Shown piece by piece: positions 36,736 through 46,524 of a stretch of DNA of 64,000 bases; position 1 is the first letter of the stretch; each line of letters opens with the position of its first letter. Where the stretch lies: positions 4,510 to 68,509 of the forward strand of contig JAGARQ010000038.1 in NCBI GenBank assembly GCA_017622175.1, read 5' to 3'. The stretch comes from Bacilli bacterium (GTDB lineage: Bacteria > Bacillota_I > Bacilli_A > RF39 > UBA660). The position numbers and the translations under genes were made by a program. Below the pieces are notes generated by a model, which was not told where the DNA came from, did not search any database, and was given only the letters and a program-made list of their open reading frames with translations.

Positions 36736-38227
36736 TTAATGAAACACCTGTCATTTCAACTGGTTTTTCTATATTCATTAATTCTAATATAGTTGGTGCA
36801 ATATCTCCTAGTTTTCCTGGAACTAGTGAGATATTTTTATTTGTAACAATAAATGGCACTGGGTTTGTTGTGTGAGCTGTTAAAACATTATTGTTATCAT
36901 CTAGCATTTCTTCACAATTACCGTGGTCTGCAGTAATTATCATTGTTCCACCTAGTTCTTGAACTTTTTGATATATTTTACCTATACATTCATCAACACT
37001 TTCAACAGCTTTTATCGCAGCTTCAAGAACCCCAGTATGGCCTACCATATCTCCATTAGCAAAGTTTAATATCACTAAATCAAAGTTTCCAAGTTCATTT
37101 AATAACTCATCTGTTACTTCATATACGCTCATTTCTGGTTTTAAGTCATATGTTGCTACTTTTGGTGATGGTATTAATATTTTCTTTTCATTTTGATAAT
37201 CAACTTCTTTTCCACCATCAAAGAAGAATGTAACATGGGCATATTTTTCAGTTTCAGCAATTCTTAATTGTGACTTTCCTTGTTTTTCTATGTATTCTCC
37301 TAAAATATTTGTTAACTTAGGATCATCAAAAGCATGTTCTGCAATTACTGATTCTACTACTGGCATCATTGTTACAGTTTGTACGTTTGTAAATTTTGTA
37401 ACTTCCATATCATTAAAATCAGGATTTGTTATAGCTGTTAAAATTTCTCTTAAACGGTCTTTTCTAAAGTTAAAAGCGATTATACCATCATTTTCTCTTA
37501 ACATGCCTGTATTATCGAATACTGCCGGAACAAAAAATTCATCAATTATTTCTTTTGAATAACTGTCTTCTATATATTCTTTAATAGAAAGTGTTGTTTC
37601 TCCTATACCGTTTACTATAGCGTCATATCCTTTTTTTAATCTATCATAGTTATTATCTCTATCCATTCCATAGTATCTTCCACCTATTGTTGCGATAGAA
37701 CCAATTCCTATTTCTACCAATTTATCTTCTACTTGTTTTATATATGTATAAGCACTTTGTGGAAGTACATCTCTTCCATCAGTGAATAAATGTAAGTATA
37801 AATTTTCTACATTTTGTTCTTTACACATATCAAGTAAAGCTATTAAGTGGTCAATATGTGAATGGACTCCTCCATCGCTGATTAATCCCATTAAGTGTAA
37901 TTTAGATTTGTTTTCTTTTACGTGATTTATTACTTTTAATAGTTCTTCATTTTGGAAGAAATCTTTATCTTCAATACTTTTGTTTATTAATTCTAATGGT
38001 TGGTAAACTATTCTTCCGGCACCAATATTCATGTGTCCTACTTCACTATTACCCATTTGTCCTTTTGGAAGACCAACAAGTTGTCCTGATGCTTCTAGCT
38101 CTGTATGTGGATAATTATCCCATAACAAATTAAATATTTCATTGTTTGCTAGTTTAACAGCATTTCCATGAGTTTCTTCTCTTAGTCCATATCCATCTAA
38201 TATTGTTAAAACTATTGGTTTAGTCAT
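36725..38227 (-). CDS. gpmI: 2,3-bisphosphoglycerate-independent phosphoglycerate mutase
   Basis: ILDGYG, MGNSEVGHMNIGAGR, ADHGN motifs. RBS AGGAGGAAC lies 9 nt after the upstream gene stop. Confidence 0.95.
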   Translation of the reverse strand: MTKPIVLTILDGYGLREETHGNAVKLANNEIFNLLWDNYPHTELEASGQLVGLPKGQMGNSEVGHMNIGAGRIVYQPLELINKSIEDKDFFQNEELLKVINHVKENKSKLHLMGLISDGGVHSHIDHLIALLDMCKEQNVENLYLHLFTDGRDVLPQSAYTYIKQVEDKLVEIGIGSIATIGGRYYGMDRDNNYDRLKKGYDAIVNGIGETTLSIKEYIEDSYSKEIIDEFFVPAVFDNTGMLRENDGIIAFNFRKDRLREILTAITNPDFNDMEVTKFTNVQTVTMMPVVESVIAEHAFDDPKLTNILGEYIEKQGKSQLRIAETEKYAHVTFFFDGGKEVDYQNEKKILIPSPKVATYDLKPEMSVYEVTDELLNELGNFDLVILNFANGDMVGHTGVLEAAIKAVESVDECIGKIYQKVQELGGTMIITADHGNCEEMLDDNNNVLTAHTTNPVPFIVTNKNISLVPGKLGDIAPTILELMNIEKPVEMTGVSLIKK

Positions 38228-38236
38228 ATGTTCCTC

Positions 38237-39532
38237 CTATATTTTTGTTTCATTTAAACAGAATACTGCATATATTGGAATGTATCTGATATCTTTTTTA
38301 GTCGAAAAGTTATTTTCTGTAATTCTATATGCTTGTGGTACTGTGAATTTTTTCATAAATACTGATAATGATTTTGCTTTAGACATTGACTTTGTTGCAA
38401 TTTCAATTGGAATTATTTGTCCCATTCTATTTTGAACAACAAAGTTTACTTCAGCTTTTCCTTCTGATTGATAGTAATATAATGCATATCCAGCTTCAAC
38501 TAGTGTTTTAGCTATGTGATTTTCATATAATGTTTCTTTTATTTTTTCATCTGTTATAAATTGTTTGTAGTTAAGATGAAGCATCGAGAATAATAATCCA
38601 TCATCTGGTATATATAATTTAAAACTATCTTTTTCGCGGCAACTACTTAAAGGAGATTTTACAGTTTTTATTTTGTAACTTCTATATACAAGTTGGTTGT
38701 TTATTAAGAAATTAATTGTACTTTCATATTCTTTGGCTCTTTTTCCAGTTCCCATTAGTCCATATTGGAACTTTTTATTTTCTTTCTTTAATTGTTCTGG
38801 GATTGAGTTAATTACTTCTATTCCTCTAGGAATATCAATTAGTGTTTTATTTAATGCTATTTCTTTTTTATAAACATCTAATATTTTTTGTTGGATTGCA
38901 TCAAGTTCATAATTTGTTTTTCCCTCAATATGAGCAATTACTGCCTCTGGAAAACCACCAGTCATTAAATAATCTTGAAATAATTCTAAAGCTACTTTGT
39001 GGAATGGGCATGTTTTATGTTTAGAGTACGATTCCTTGATTAACTCAGCTAATGACTTTTCATCTTTAGCCCATAAGTATTCTTCGAAATCCATTTCATT
39101 CATAGCTTTGAATTGTAATTCTTCACCCTTGAACTCTGTAAGTTTTTCTCTATTAGAAGTGATTCCGATTAAATGGTATTTACTTGATTCACTACCAAAT
39201 AGTTTCATTCCTTTTACTATTTCATTTGATGTTAGGTTATCTAGAATAATTAATGTATCTTCTGGAAGAATTGTTTCTCCAGATATTAAAGACATATTGA
39301 TTATTAATTTCTCTGTTGATTTTTCTTTTATAAATAACTCTTCTAGTTGTTTATTGTTCTCCGTATTAAAATAAATTACATTTTTATATTCTTTACTACC
39401 ATATGATAATGTAGAGAATGTTTTACCAACTTGCTTTGGTCCATATAGTATTAAAGGTTTTCTTATGATATCTTTTTGCCATTTTTTAAAAAAACTTTCT
39501 ATTTTACGTTCCATAAATTGTATTCTCCTCAC
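38237..39532 (-). CDS. AAA+ ATPase with C-terminal DUF4143 (PD-(D/E)xK-like) domain
   Basis: Walker A YGPKQVGKTF, Walker B LIILDN, YLMTGGFPEAV, and C-terminal EVNFVV...IPIEIA pattern. Confidence 0.8.
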   Translation of the reverse strand: MRRIQFMERKIESFFKKWQKDIIRKPLILYGPKQVGKTFSTLSYGSKEYKNVIYFNTENNKQLEELFIKEKSTEKLIINMSLISGETILPEDTLIILDNLTSNEIVKGMKLFGSESSKYHLIGITSNREKLTEFKGEELQFKAMNEMDFEEYLWAKDEKSLAELIKESYSKHKTCPFHKVALELFQDYLMTGGFPEAVIAHIEGKTNYELDAIQQKILDVYKKEIALNKTLIDIPRGIEVINSIPEQLKKENKKFQYGLMGTGKRAKEYESTINFLINNQLVYRSYKIKTVKSPLSSCREKDSFKLYIPDDGLLFSMLHLNYKQFITDEKIKETLYENHIAKTLVEAGYALYYYQSEGKAEVNFVVQNRMGQIIPIEIATKSMSKAKSLSVFMKKFTVPQAYRITENNFSTKKDIRYIPIYAVFCLNETKI

Positions 39533-39547
39533 ATATTTTATAAATTA

Positions 39548-39576
39548 AGTATACTTTTTTATTTTAATAAAGTCAA
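39548..39576 (-). promoter_or_regulatory. Sigma-A promoter of the ATPase-gpmI unit (TTGACT-17 nt-TATACT)
   Basis: Hexamers at 39571-39576 and 39548-39553 on the minus strand. Confidence 0.65.
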
Positions 39577-39584
39577 TAAATGAA

Positions 39585-39606
39585 CATAAAAAAAGACCGA
39601 AGTCTT
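39585..39606 (-). terminator. Intrinsic terminator after spo0A
   Basis: Minus RNA AAGAC-UUCG-GUCUU followed by UUUUUU. It overlaps the stop codon. Confidence 0.55.
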
Positions 39607-40381
39607 AATTTGTTATTAATGGTTTATTGAACTCTAGTCTAAGCTTATCTGCTACTGTTACTATAAACTCTGAGTTTGTTGGCTTGGCTTTATCTATATC
39701 AACACTATGACCAAAGATATCTTCCATTAGTTGCCAATTACCACGATTCCAACTTATTTCAATTGCATGTCGTATAGCTCTTTCTACTCTTGAAACTGTT
39801 GTATTAAATTTTTTTGATATTTCAGGATATAGTTCTTTGGTAATACCACCAACTATTTCTGGTCTTTCATAAACGATTGATATTCCTTCTCTTATATATT
39901 GATATCCTTTGATATGCGATGGAACACCTAATTCGTGAAGTGTTTTTGTAATCGATACTTGTAAATTATTGTGATACAAGTCAATGGATTCTCCACCATA
40001 TTTTACTCCTGTTGATACTTCTTTTATTCTTTTTTCTAAATCCTTTAATTCAAATGGTTTTAACATAAAGTAACTTACTCCAAGTTCTGATACTTTTCGA
40101 ATCATTTCTTGAGTATTGTAAGATGTTAAAACAATCGTTTTCTTATCTATATTTTTCTTTTGCATATGTTCTAAAACACAGATACCGTCTTTATTAGGCA
40201 TTATTAAATCAAGTAGCACTATATCTACTTCTTCGGCTTTAGAATCTAAAAGTCTTATAGCTTCACAGCCATCATATGCTTCGTGGGATATTTTAATTTC
40301 AGCGTTATCATTAAAATATTCCTTAATCATTTCAACTAGACTTCTATTGTCATCTACTACTAATAAATTTATTTTTGTCAT
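39605..40381 (-). CDS. spo0A: Sporulation master response regulator Spo0A
   Basis: Receiver domain (LVVDDN...LDLIMP) plus the diagnostic Spo0A C-domain ([19 protein letters not shown]...[19 protein letters not shown]). ATG 40381 follows AGGAGAG. Confidence 0.93.
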   Translation of the reverse strand: MTKINLLVVDDNRSLVEMIKEYFNDNAEIKISHEAYDGCEAIRLLDSKAEEVDIVLLDLIMPNKDGICVLEHMQKKNIDKKTIVLTSYNTQEMIRKVSELGVSYFMLKPFELKDLEKRIKEVSTGVKYGGESIDLYHNNLQVSITKTLHELGVPSHIKGYQYIREGISIVYERPEIVGGITKELYPEISKKFNTTVSRVERAIRHAIEISWNRGNWQLMEDIFGHSVDIDKAKPTNSEFIVTVADKLRLEFNKPLITN

Positions 40382-40462
40382 TTTTCTCTCCTTATCATAC
40401 TGCACGCATTTTAATTATATAATAATTCGGCAATTTACGATAGAGAAAAAAAGAACAAGTTC

Positions 40463-40469
40463 TGTCGAA
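40463..40469 (+). promoter_or_regulatory. Consensus 0A box (TGTCGAA) upstream of spo0A
   Basis: Exact match to TGNCGAA about 80 nt upstream of the spo0A start. Related CTGTC repeat 5 nt downstream. Confidence 0.35.
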
Positions 40470-40484
40470 CCTGTCTTTTTGTGT

Positions 40485-41186
40485 CTAGTTTTCTAGTTTT
40501 TCTATAAATACTTTTAAATTTTCTGGTTTTAGACTTAATCCACCTAATAAATACCCTTCAATTAGTGAACATTTTTTTAGTTCATCAATATTTTTATCAT
40601 TAGCACTTCCACCATATAATACTTTTGTTGTTGGTAACAGACTATTGATTAGTTTAAATACTTCTTCAATTTCATCGTTTGTTGGAATTAGTCCTGTTCC
40701 AATTGACCAAATTGGTTCATAAGCGACTATTAAGTTGTCTTTTTCTTCTGAAGTTAGGTTTTCTGTTGCTACTAAAATTTCTTCTTTAATAATGGCATTT
40801 AGTTTACCAGATTCTCTTTCTTCTTTTGTTTCACCTACACATAGAATTGGTGTAATACCTTCTGCATATAAATTTTTTATTTTCTTTGCAATATCTTCAT
40901 TTGTTTCTTTTTGGTCTTGACGTCTTTCTGAATGTCCTACGATACAATATTTAACACCATATGATTTTAATTGAGAAGCTGCTATTTCTCCAGTATGTGC
41001 TCCTACTGACTCTGTACTAACATTTTGTGCTCCCCAGTAACAATTTGTTAAATTGTAATTAGCAATATTTAGTGGACTAGCACATAAAATCATTGTTGAA
41101 TTGCAATTAACTGTTGCTAGTTCTTCTTGATATTTTAAGAATTCCTCTTTATTTAAATTACTTTTATTGTTTAATGCTATTATCAT
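40485..41186 (-). CDS. tpiA: Triosephosphate isomerase
   Basis: GHSERR, AYEPIWSIGTG, and Asn/Lys at the NNK position corresponding to NWK. Confidence 0.93.
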   Translation of the reverse strand: MIIALNNKSNLNKEEFLKYQEELATVNCNSTMILCASPLNIANYNLTNCYWGAQNVSTESVGAHTGEIAASQLKSYGVKYCIVGHSERRQDQKETNEDIAKKIKNLYAEGITPILCVGETKEERESGKLNAIIKEEILVATENLTSEEKDNLIVAYEPIWSIGTGLIPTNDEIEEVFKLINSLLPTTKVLYGGSANDKNIDELKKCSLIEGYLLGGLSLKPENLKVFIEKLEN

Positions 41187-41225
41187 AATTAATCTCCTTT
41201 ATAGAAAAAAAGAAAAGACTGTCAG

Positions 41226-41738
41226 CTATGCTGCCATTGCATTTCCTTTTTCTTGTTCATTTACGAATTGTTTTTCTTTTAGGTACATTACATTACCTTC
41301 ATTTTCTCCTAGGTTTTCAAACCCATTTAATTCTAGATTTTCCATTAATTCATGGTCTGTTGACCCTGATGATATTGTTACAAACACATCTTCCATACCT
41401 AATACGTCAAAAGCATAATCTGTTGCTAGTGGTATTAGTTTTCTGCTTCTTCCTGTAGAAATTGGCGCGAAAAAGATTCTGCATGATTTCATATCTTTTT
41501 CTGCTTGAATGTGACATGAATCAGTAATTGCTTCTTCATCTTGAAGAAATAAACTTTGATGAATTTCATTACTATCTTTTACCTCTTCTTTATACTTTTC
41601 TTCTGTTCGTGTTTGACGAATGTTTCTTAGTAATGTTGAGGTAACAGTAGTTATTTCATGTGCTTCTTCAAAAGCGGCAATCAGCCTTATGTGTTCATCA
41701 TTATACGGATCAGCTATGAAAAATCTTTCTGTACTCAA
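41226..41738 (-). CDS. Hypothetical protein, possibly GNAT-fold
   Basis: 170 aa wedged between pgk and tpiA. LATDYAFDVLGMEDVFVTI...LELNGFENLGE resembles a GNAT C-terminal half. Confidence 0.4.
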   Translation of the reverse strand: MSTERFFIADPYNDEHIRLIAAFEEAHEITTVTSTLLRNIRQTRTEEKYKEEVKDSNEIHQSLFLQDEEAITDSCHIQAEKDMKSCRIFFAPISTGRSRKLIPLATDYAFDVLGMEDVFVTISSGSTDHELMENLELNGFENLGENEGNVMYLKEKQFVNEQEKGNAMAA

Positions 41739-41753
41739 TTAGGTCACCTACTT

Positions 41754-42926
41754 TTATTTTATTGCTTCAATACCTGGAAGTGTTTTCCCTTCTAGATATT
41801 CTAGTGTTGCTCCTCCTCCAGTTGAGGCATGATATACCTTATCTTTGTATCCAGCAGTTGATGCTGCAGCTACGATATCTCCTCCACCTAGGATAGCTCT
41901 TATATTATTTTCTACAATATATTCTAATAATTCATCTGTATGTTTTTTATATTTTGAAAATTCATATACACCTAATGGACCATTCCATACGGCAACAGAT
42001 GCCTCTTTTAAATAACTAGCAAATAATTCTTTTGTTTCTGGACCAATGTCTAACCCCATTTCATCTTCAGAAATTTCATTTACTGATTTAACTCTATATT
42101 CTTCGTCATTTGTATATTCGTTGGTTACAGCAGTATCTACTGGTAAAATAATTTTATCTCTATGAGATGCTAAAACATTTTTACAGAATTCAACGTTTTC
42201 TTCATCTAATAATGATTTACCAATTTCTATTCCTTCTGCTTTTAGGAATGTAAATGCCATTCCTCCACCGATAAGAATCTTATCTGCTTTAGTAACTAAG
42301 TTTTCAATAACACCGATTTTATCAGCTACTTTTGCTCCACCTAATACAACAACAAATGGATGTGGTGGGTTATCTAATAAACTTAGTGCTGTTAATTCTT
42401 TTTCAATTAAGAATCCAAATGCTGATGGTAAATGAGCTGCCACTCCACAGTTTGATGCATGTGCTCTATGGATTGTACCGAAAGCATCGTTTACAAATAC
42501 ATCACCTAAAGATGCCCAATATGCGCCTAGTTCTGGATCGTTTTTGCTTTCTTTTTTACCATCTAAATCTTCGTAACGAGTATTTTGAACTAGAACTACA
42601 TCTTGTGGTTGCATTGATGCTACAGCATTTTCTAATTCTTCTCCTCTTGTTTTATTTATAAATGTTACTTTTTTTTCTAATAATTCTTCTAATCTTACAG
42701 CAACTGGTGCAAGATCATTTTTTGCAAGGTCTGCTTCTTCTTTTACACGTCCTAAGTGTGATAATAGAATTACCTTAGCATTTTGCTCTAAACAATGTTT
42801 TATTGTTGGTAAAGCTCCTACTATTCTAGTGTCGTCTACAATCTTTCCTTCTTTTATTGGAACATTGAAATCAACACGAATTATAACTTTTTTGTTTTCG
42901 ACATTTAAATCTTTTAGCGTTTTCAT
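41754..42926 (-). CDS. pgk: Phosphoglycerate kinase
   Basis: RVDFNVP, HLGR, and GGGDIVAA-type C-terminal motifs. Confidence 0.96.
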   Translation of the reverse strand: MKTLKDLNVENKKVIIRVDFNVPIKEGKIVDDTRIVGALPTIKHCLEQNAKVILLSHLGRVKEEADLAKNDLAPVAVRLEELLEKKVTFINKTRGEELENAVASMQPQDVVLVQNTRYEDLDGKKESKNDPELGAYWASLGDVFVNDAFGTIHRAHASNCGVAAHLPSAFGFLIEKELTALSLLDNPPHPFVVVLGGAKVADKIGVIENLVTKADKILIGGGMAFTFLKAEGIEIGKSLLDEENVEFCKNVLASHRDKIILPVDTAVTNEYTNDEEYRVKSVNEISEDEMGLDIGPETKELFASYLKEASVAVWNGPLGVYEFSKYKKHTDELLEYIVENNIRAILGGGDIVAAASTAGYKDKVYHASTGGGATLEYLEGKTLPGIEAIK

Positions 42927-43014
42927 TGGCTAATCCTCCTGTCCTATCTAAAGTATAGCATTTCTTTATATAAAAAAAAAGGAATTAATCCTTTTTTGTC
43001 AGTAACTTTACTTA

Positions 43015-44016
43015 TTATTTCATTAAGTATTTAGCAGTTCTTACCATTTGGGCTGTATAACTCATTTCATTGTCATACCAAGAAACAACTTTTACTAATT
43101 GATGTCCATCAACATCAAGTACTGTTGTTGATAAACCGTCTACTAATGAACCACATCTTCTTCCAATTACGTCACTTGATACAATTGGATCTTCTGTATA
43201 TTGAAGTGTTTCATTTTGAGCAGCTTTTAATGCAGCATTAATTTCTTCAGCAGTTACACATCTACCTAATTCTAGTGTTAAATCTACTACTGAACCAGTT
43301 GGTACTGGAACACGCATAGCTGTACCATCTAATTTACCAGCTAAGTTTGGACATACAAGTCCGATTGCTGATGCAGCACCTGTTGATGCTGGAATAATAT
43401 TTGCAGCACATGCTCTACCGCGACGAGCTTTAATACCTTTTTTATGAGCGATATCAAGTGAAGCTTGGTCATTTGTATAGGCATGAACAGTAGTCATAAA
43501 TCCTTTATTAATTCCAAATGTTTTATCTAAAACATCAACTACTGGAGCTAAACAGTTTGTAGTACATGAAGCTGCACTAATAATTCTTTCATCTCCTGTT
43601 AATGTTTCATGGTTTACGTTGTAAACGATTGTTTTGATATTACCTTTTGCTGGTGCAGAGATAATAACTTTTTTAGCTCCAGCATTGATATGTGCCATAG
43701 CTTTTTCTTCTGAAGTAAATAATCCAGTACATTCAAATACTACATCTACTCCTAGTTCTCCCCAAGGTAACATTGCTGGGTCTTTTTCAGCATAAACTTT
43801 AACACGTCTATTACCGATAATAATTTCATCTTCATCATTTGAGATTTCATCAATACGATAATTTCTGTGATTTGTGTCGTATTTTAATAAATATGCTAAT
43901 TGTTCAGCATCTGTTAAGTCGTTAATAGCAACAACTTCAAATTCTTCATTTTCTTCCATTAAACGGAAACATAATCTACCGATTCTTCCGAATCCATTGA
44001 TTGCAACTTTAATCAT
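43015..44016 (-). CDS. gap: Glyceraldehyde-3-phosphate dehydrogenase
   Basis: INGFGRIGR and ASCTTNCLAP active site. Confidence 0.97.
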   Translation of the reverse strand: MIKVAINGFGRIGRLCFRLMEENEEFEVVAINDLTDAEQLAYLLKYDTNHRNYRIDEISNDEDEIIIGNRRVKVYAEKDPAMLPWGELGVDVVFECTGLFTSEEKAMAHINAGAKKVIISAPAKGNIKTIVYNVNHETLTGDERIISAASCTTNCLAPVVDVLDKTFGINKGFMTTVHAYTNDQASLDIAHKKGIKARRGRACAANIIPASTGAASAIGLVCPNLAGKLDGTAMRVPVPTGSVVDLTLELGRCVTAEEINAALKAAQNETLQYTEDPIVSSDVIGRRCGSLVDGLSTTVLDVDGHQLVKVVSWYDNEMSYTAQMVRTAKYLMK

Positions 44017-44042
44017 TTTATAAATCCTCTCCTTATAATTTC

Positions 44043-44071
44043 ATTATATATTGTTATTTTTTTAGTTTCAA
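44043..44071 (-). promoter_or_regulatory. Sigma-A promoter of gap (TTGAAA-17 nt-TATAAT)
   Basis: Hexamers at 44066-44071 and 44043-44048 on the minus strand. Confidence 0.65.
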
Positions 44072-44124
44072 CAAATTAGAGTTTTTTTGACATTATTTGA
44101 TGTAAAAAACTTTCCACAGATTAT

Positions 44125-44163
44125 TTTTAAAAAATAAAAATATCCACAGATATTGTGGATATT
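44125..44163 (-). terminator. Intrinsic terminator after the nucleoside kinase gene
   Basis: aatatccaca/tgtggatatt stem followed by a U-run on the minus RNA. Confidence 0.75.
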
Positions 44164-44165
44164 TA

Positions 44166-45830
44166 TTAATCGTGGAAGTATCCTCCACCAATGAATTCTC
44201 TTACTACTGCATCTTCTGGAATTGCATCTGCAGGTATTGGTAAGAATAAACGTAAGAAGTTAATTAAACGTTTTGCTTCTTCATAATATGGAGATTCAGG
44301 TGGAACTGAATATAGTAATGGTTCTGCATAAGTCTTAATTACACCAAGTTCATAAATTGACGCTGAGTTAATTGTTGCATCAGCTTCTGTTTGGTATGGG
44401 AAGATATATTTTTCTTCACCACGACGTACACTATCCCATAATTGTAGTGTATATTCTACTCTATAATCACGAGTTCTATTATCTCTAATAATTCTTCTTA
44501 ATAGACGATTGTCACTTGTACAAATTCTATTATGAGTATCCATATTTAATTCAGTTAAGGCTGAAATATAAATTTTATATTTATTTTCGCGTTTAATATT
44601 AGTTAAAATTCTATCATCTAGAGCATGAATACCTTCAATTAGTAAAATGTCTTTTTCACCAATTTGTACTTCTTCTTTAAATTCTTTTTCACCTAAAGCG
44701 AAGTTATATGTAGGCATTAATACTTTTTCACCTTTCATTAAGGCAGCCATTTGTGTGTCGAATAATTTAGTGTCCATGGCTTCTAAGCATTCATAGTCTG
44801 GTTTTCCAAATTCATCTAATGGAGTTTCTTTTTTTTCAACAAAGTAATCATCCATTGAAATAACACGTGGTGTTAGACCAAAGCTTTGTAAATACATACA
44901 TAATTTTCTTGTAGTTGTTGTCTTTCCAGATGATGATGGTCCTGCTATTAAAACAATTTTTACTTTGTTTTTCTTATCATTAATATCTTTTGCAATATTT
45001 AATAATCTATAGCTTTGTAGCGTTTCATCAATTTTAATTAAATCACTAATTTTGCCTGTTGAAACGAATTTATTTAAATCAACTGTATTTTGAACATTAA
45101 TTAATTTAGCCCAATCTCTGTGTTCTTTAAACACTTTAAACATATTTGGTTGGTGTTCATATTTTTTAATTTTATCTGGCATGTAAATAGTTGGGAATCT
45201 TAAAACAAATCCATTATCTTTAACATAAGTTAAATCAAATTCTTTTAGTTTTCCTGTTGATGATGCCATTTTGCTATAGAAATAGTTATATGAATTTCCT
45301 AATCTGTATAAAGTAATATAACTATTTGTGTTATATGTCATTACTCCTGCTTTTGCAAAGTCATTTATACTTTCAAAATATTTAATTGCTTCTAATCTAT
45401 CAATTATTACTTTTGTAATTGGAATATCTGCTTCAACTAATGCTTTCATGCATTCTTTAATACTTGCTAATTTTGTTTCTGTTAAACGGAATGTTGTTTC
45501 AATATAAATTCCTTTATCTAATGAGTGTTGAACAATAATATCTTCTTTTTGTCCATATAGTTTTTTTACAGCATAAACTAGCATGTAAATAAGTCCATTT
45601 ACATGACAACGGTTACCGTCTCTTGTTGTTAAATCAATAAATTCTATTTCACAATCTTCTGTTACAGTTGAAGATAGTTCTTTAAAACGATTATTGATTT
45701 TTGCAAGTAATATTGGATGTTTACTTCCTTTTTCTACTTCATTAGCAATTTCTAAAAGAGTTATTCCTTTACTATATTTATATGTCTTTCCTTTTACTGT
45801 TACTGAAACCGTTTCTATCACAAATTTCAC
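44166..45830 (-). CDS. Uridine kinase/phosphoribulokinase-family nucleoside kinase with N-terminal TGS-like domain
   Basis: P-loop GPSSSGKTTTTRKL in the C-terminal half. N-terminal beta-grasp-like region VTVKGKTYKYSKGITLLEIA. Confidence 0.75.
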   Translation of the reverse strand: MKFVIETVSVTVKGKTYKYSKGITLLEIANEVEKGSKHPILLAKINNRFKELSSTVTEDCEIEFIDLTTRDGNRCHVNGLIYMLVYAVKKLYGQKEDIIVQHSLDKGIYIETTFRLTETKLASIKECMKALVEADIPITKVIIDRLEAIKYFESINDFAKAGVMTYNTNSYITLYRLGNSYNYFYSKMASSTGKLKEFDLTYVKDNGFVLRFPTIYMPDKIKKYEHQPNMFKVFKEHRDWAKLINVQNTVDLNKFVSTGKISDLIKIDETLQSYRLLNIAKDINDKKNKVKIVLIAGPSSSGKTTTTRKLCMYLQSFGLTPRVISMDDYFVEKKETPLDEFGKPDYECLEAMDTKLFDTQMAALMKGEKVLMPTYNFALGEKEFKEEVQIGEKDILLIEGIHALDDRILTNIKRENKYKIYISALTELNMDTHNRICTSDNRLLRRIIRDNRTRDYRVEYTLQLWDSVRRGEEKYIFPYQTEADATINSASIYELGVIKTYAEPLLYSVPPESPYYEEAKRLINFLRLFLPIPADAIPEDAVVREFIGGGYFHD

Positions 45831-45929
45831 CCCTCATATTTTATCATTTTAAGTATATCATATATTTTTATTTTATCTAGGAATAATTTTTGAGACTTTA
45901 CACTATACTATGTATAGGTAGGTGATTTT

Positions 45930-46505
45930 ATGAATTTAGTACCAGTTGTAGTTGATAAAGATATTAGTGGAGAACGAAGTTATGATATATTTTCTAGACT
46001 TTTAAAAGAACGTATTATTTTTATTAGTGGTGAAATTAATGATAGCCTTGCTAATAGTGTAATTGCTGAACTTCTTTATTTAGATTCAATAAATCACAAT
46101 GATATTTCTTTATATATTAATTCTCCTGGTGGAGTTATTACTTCTGGGATGGCAATCTATGACACTATGAATTTTATAAAAAGTGATGTTGCCACGATTT
46201 GTTTAGGAATAGCTGCTAGCATGGCTGCTTTCTTACTATCTAGTGGTACTAAAGGGAAAAGATATATTCTGCCTAATGCAGATGTCATGATTCATCAACC
46301 ACTTGGTGGAGCTGAAGGTCAAGCTACCGATATTAAGATTGCTTCGGATAGAATTGTTAATTTAAGGGAACGATTAAATAAAATTCTTTCTAAAAATACC
46401 GGTAAATCTTTAACTAAGATTGAAAAGGATACTGAAAGAGATAATTATTTAAGCGCAGAAGAAGCTTTAAAATATGGAATTGTTGATGAAATAATAAAAA
46501 AATAG
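45930..46505 (+). CDS. clpP: ATP-dependent Clp protease proteolytic subunit
   Basis: [24 protein letters not shown] (catalytic Ser), MIHQP (His). Confidence 0.97.
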   Translation: MNLVPVVVDKDISGERSYDIFSRLLKERIIFISGEINDSLANSVIAELLYLDSINHNDISLYINSPGGVITSGMAIYDTMNFIKSDVATICLGIAASMAAFLLSSGTKGKRYILPNADVMIHQPLGGAEGQATDIKIASDRIVNLRERLNKILSKNTGKSLTKIEKDTERDNYLSAEEALKYGIVDEIIKK

Positions 46506-46524
46506 AGAAATCTCTATTTTTTTT
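46502..46524 (+). terminator. Intrinsic terminator after clpP
   Basis: atagag/ctctat stem followed by a run of 7 T (46518-46524). It overlaps the convergent whiA 3' end. Confidence 0.55.

Noticed and set aside
45831-45929. CtsR operator (tandem GGTCAAA heptads) upstream of clpP.
   Set aside because: Only a loose TTTGAGA-CTT-TACAC resemblance exists, with no convincing direct repeat.
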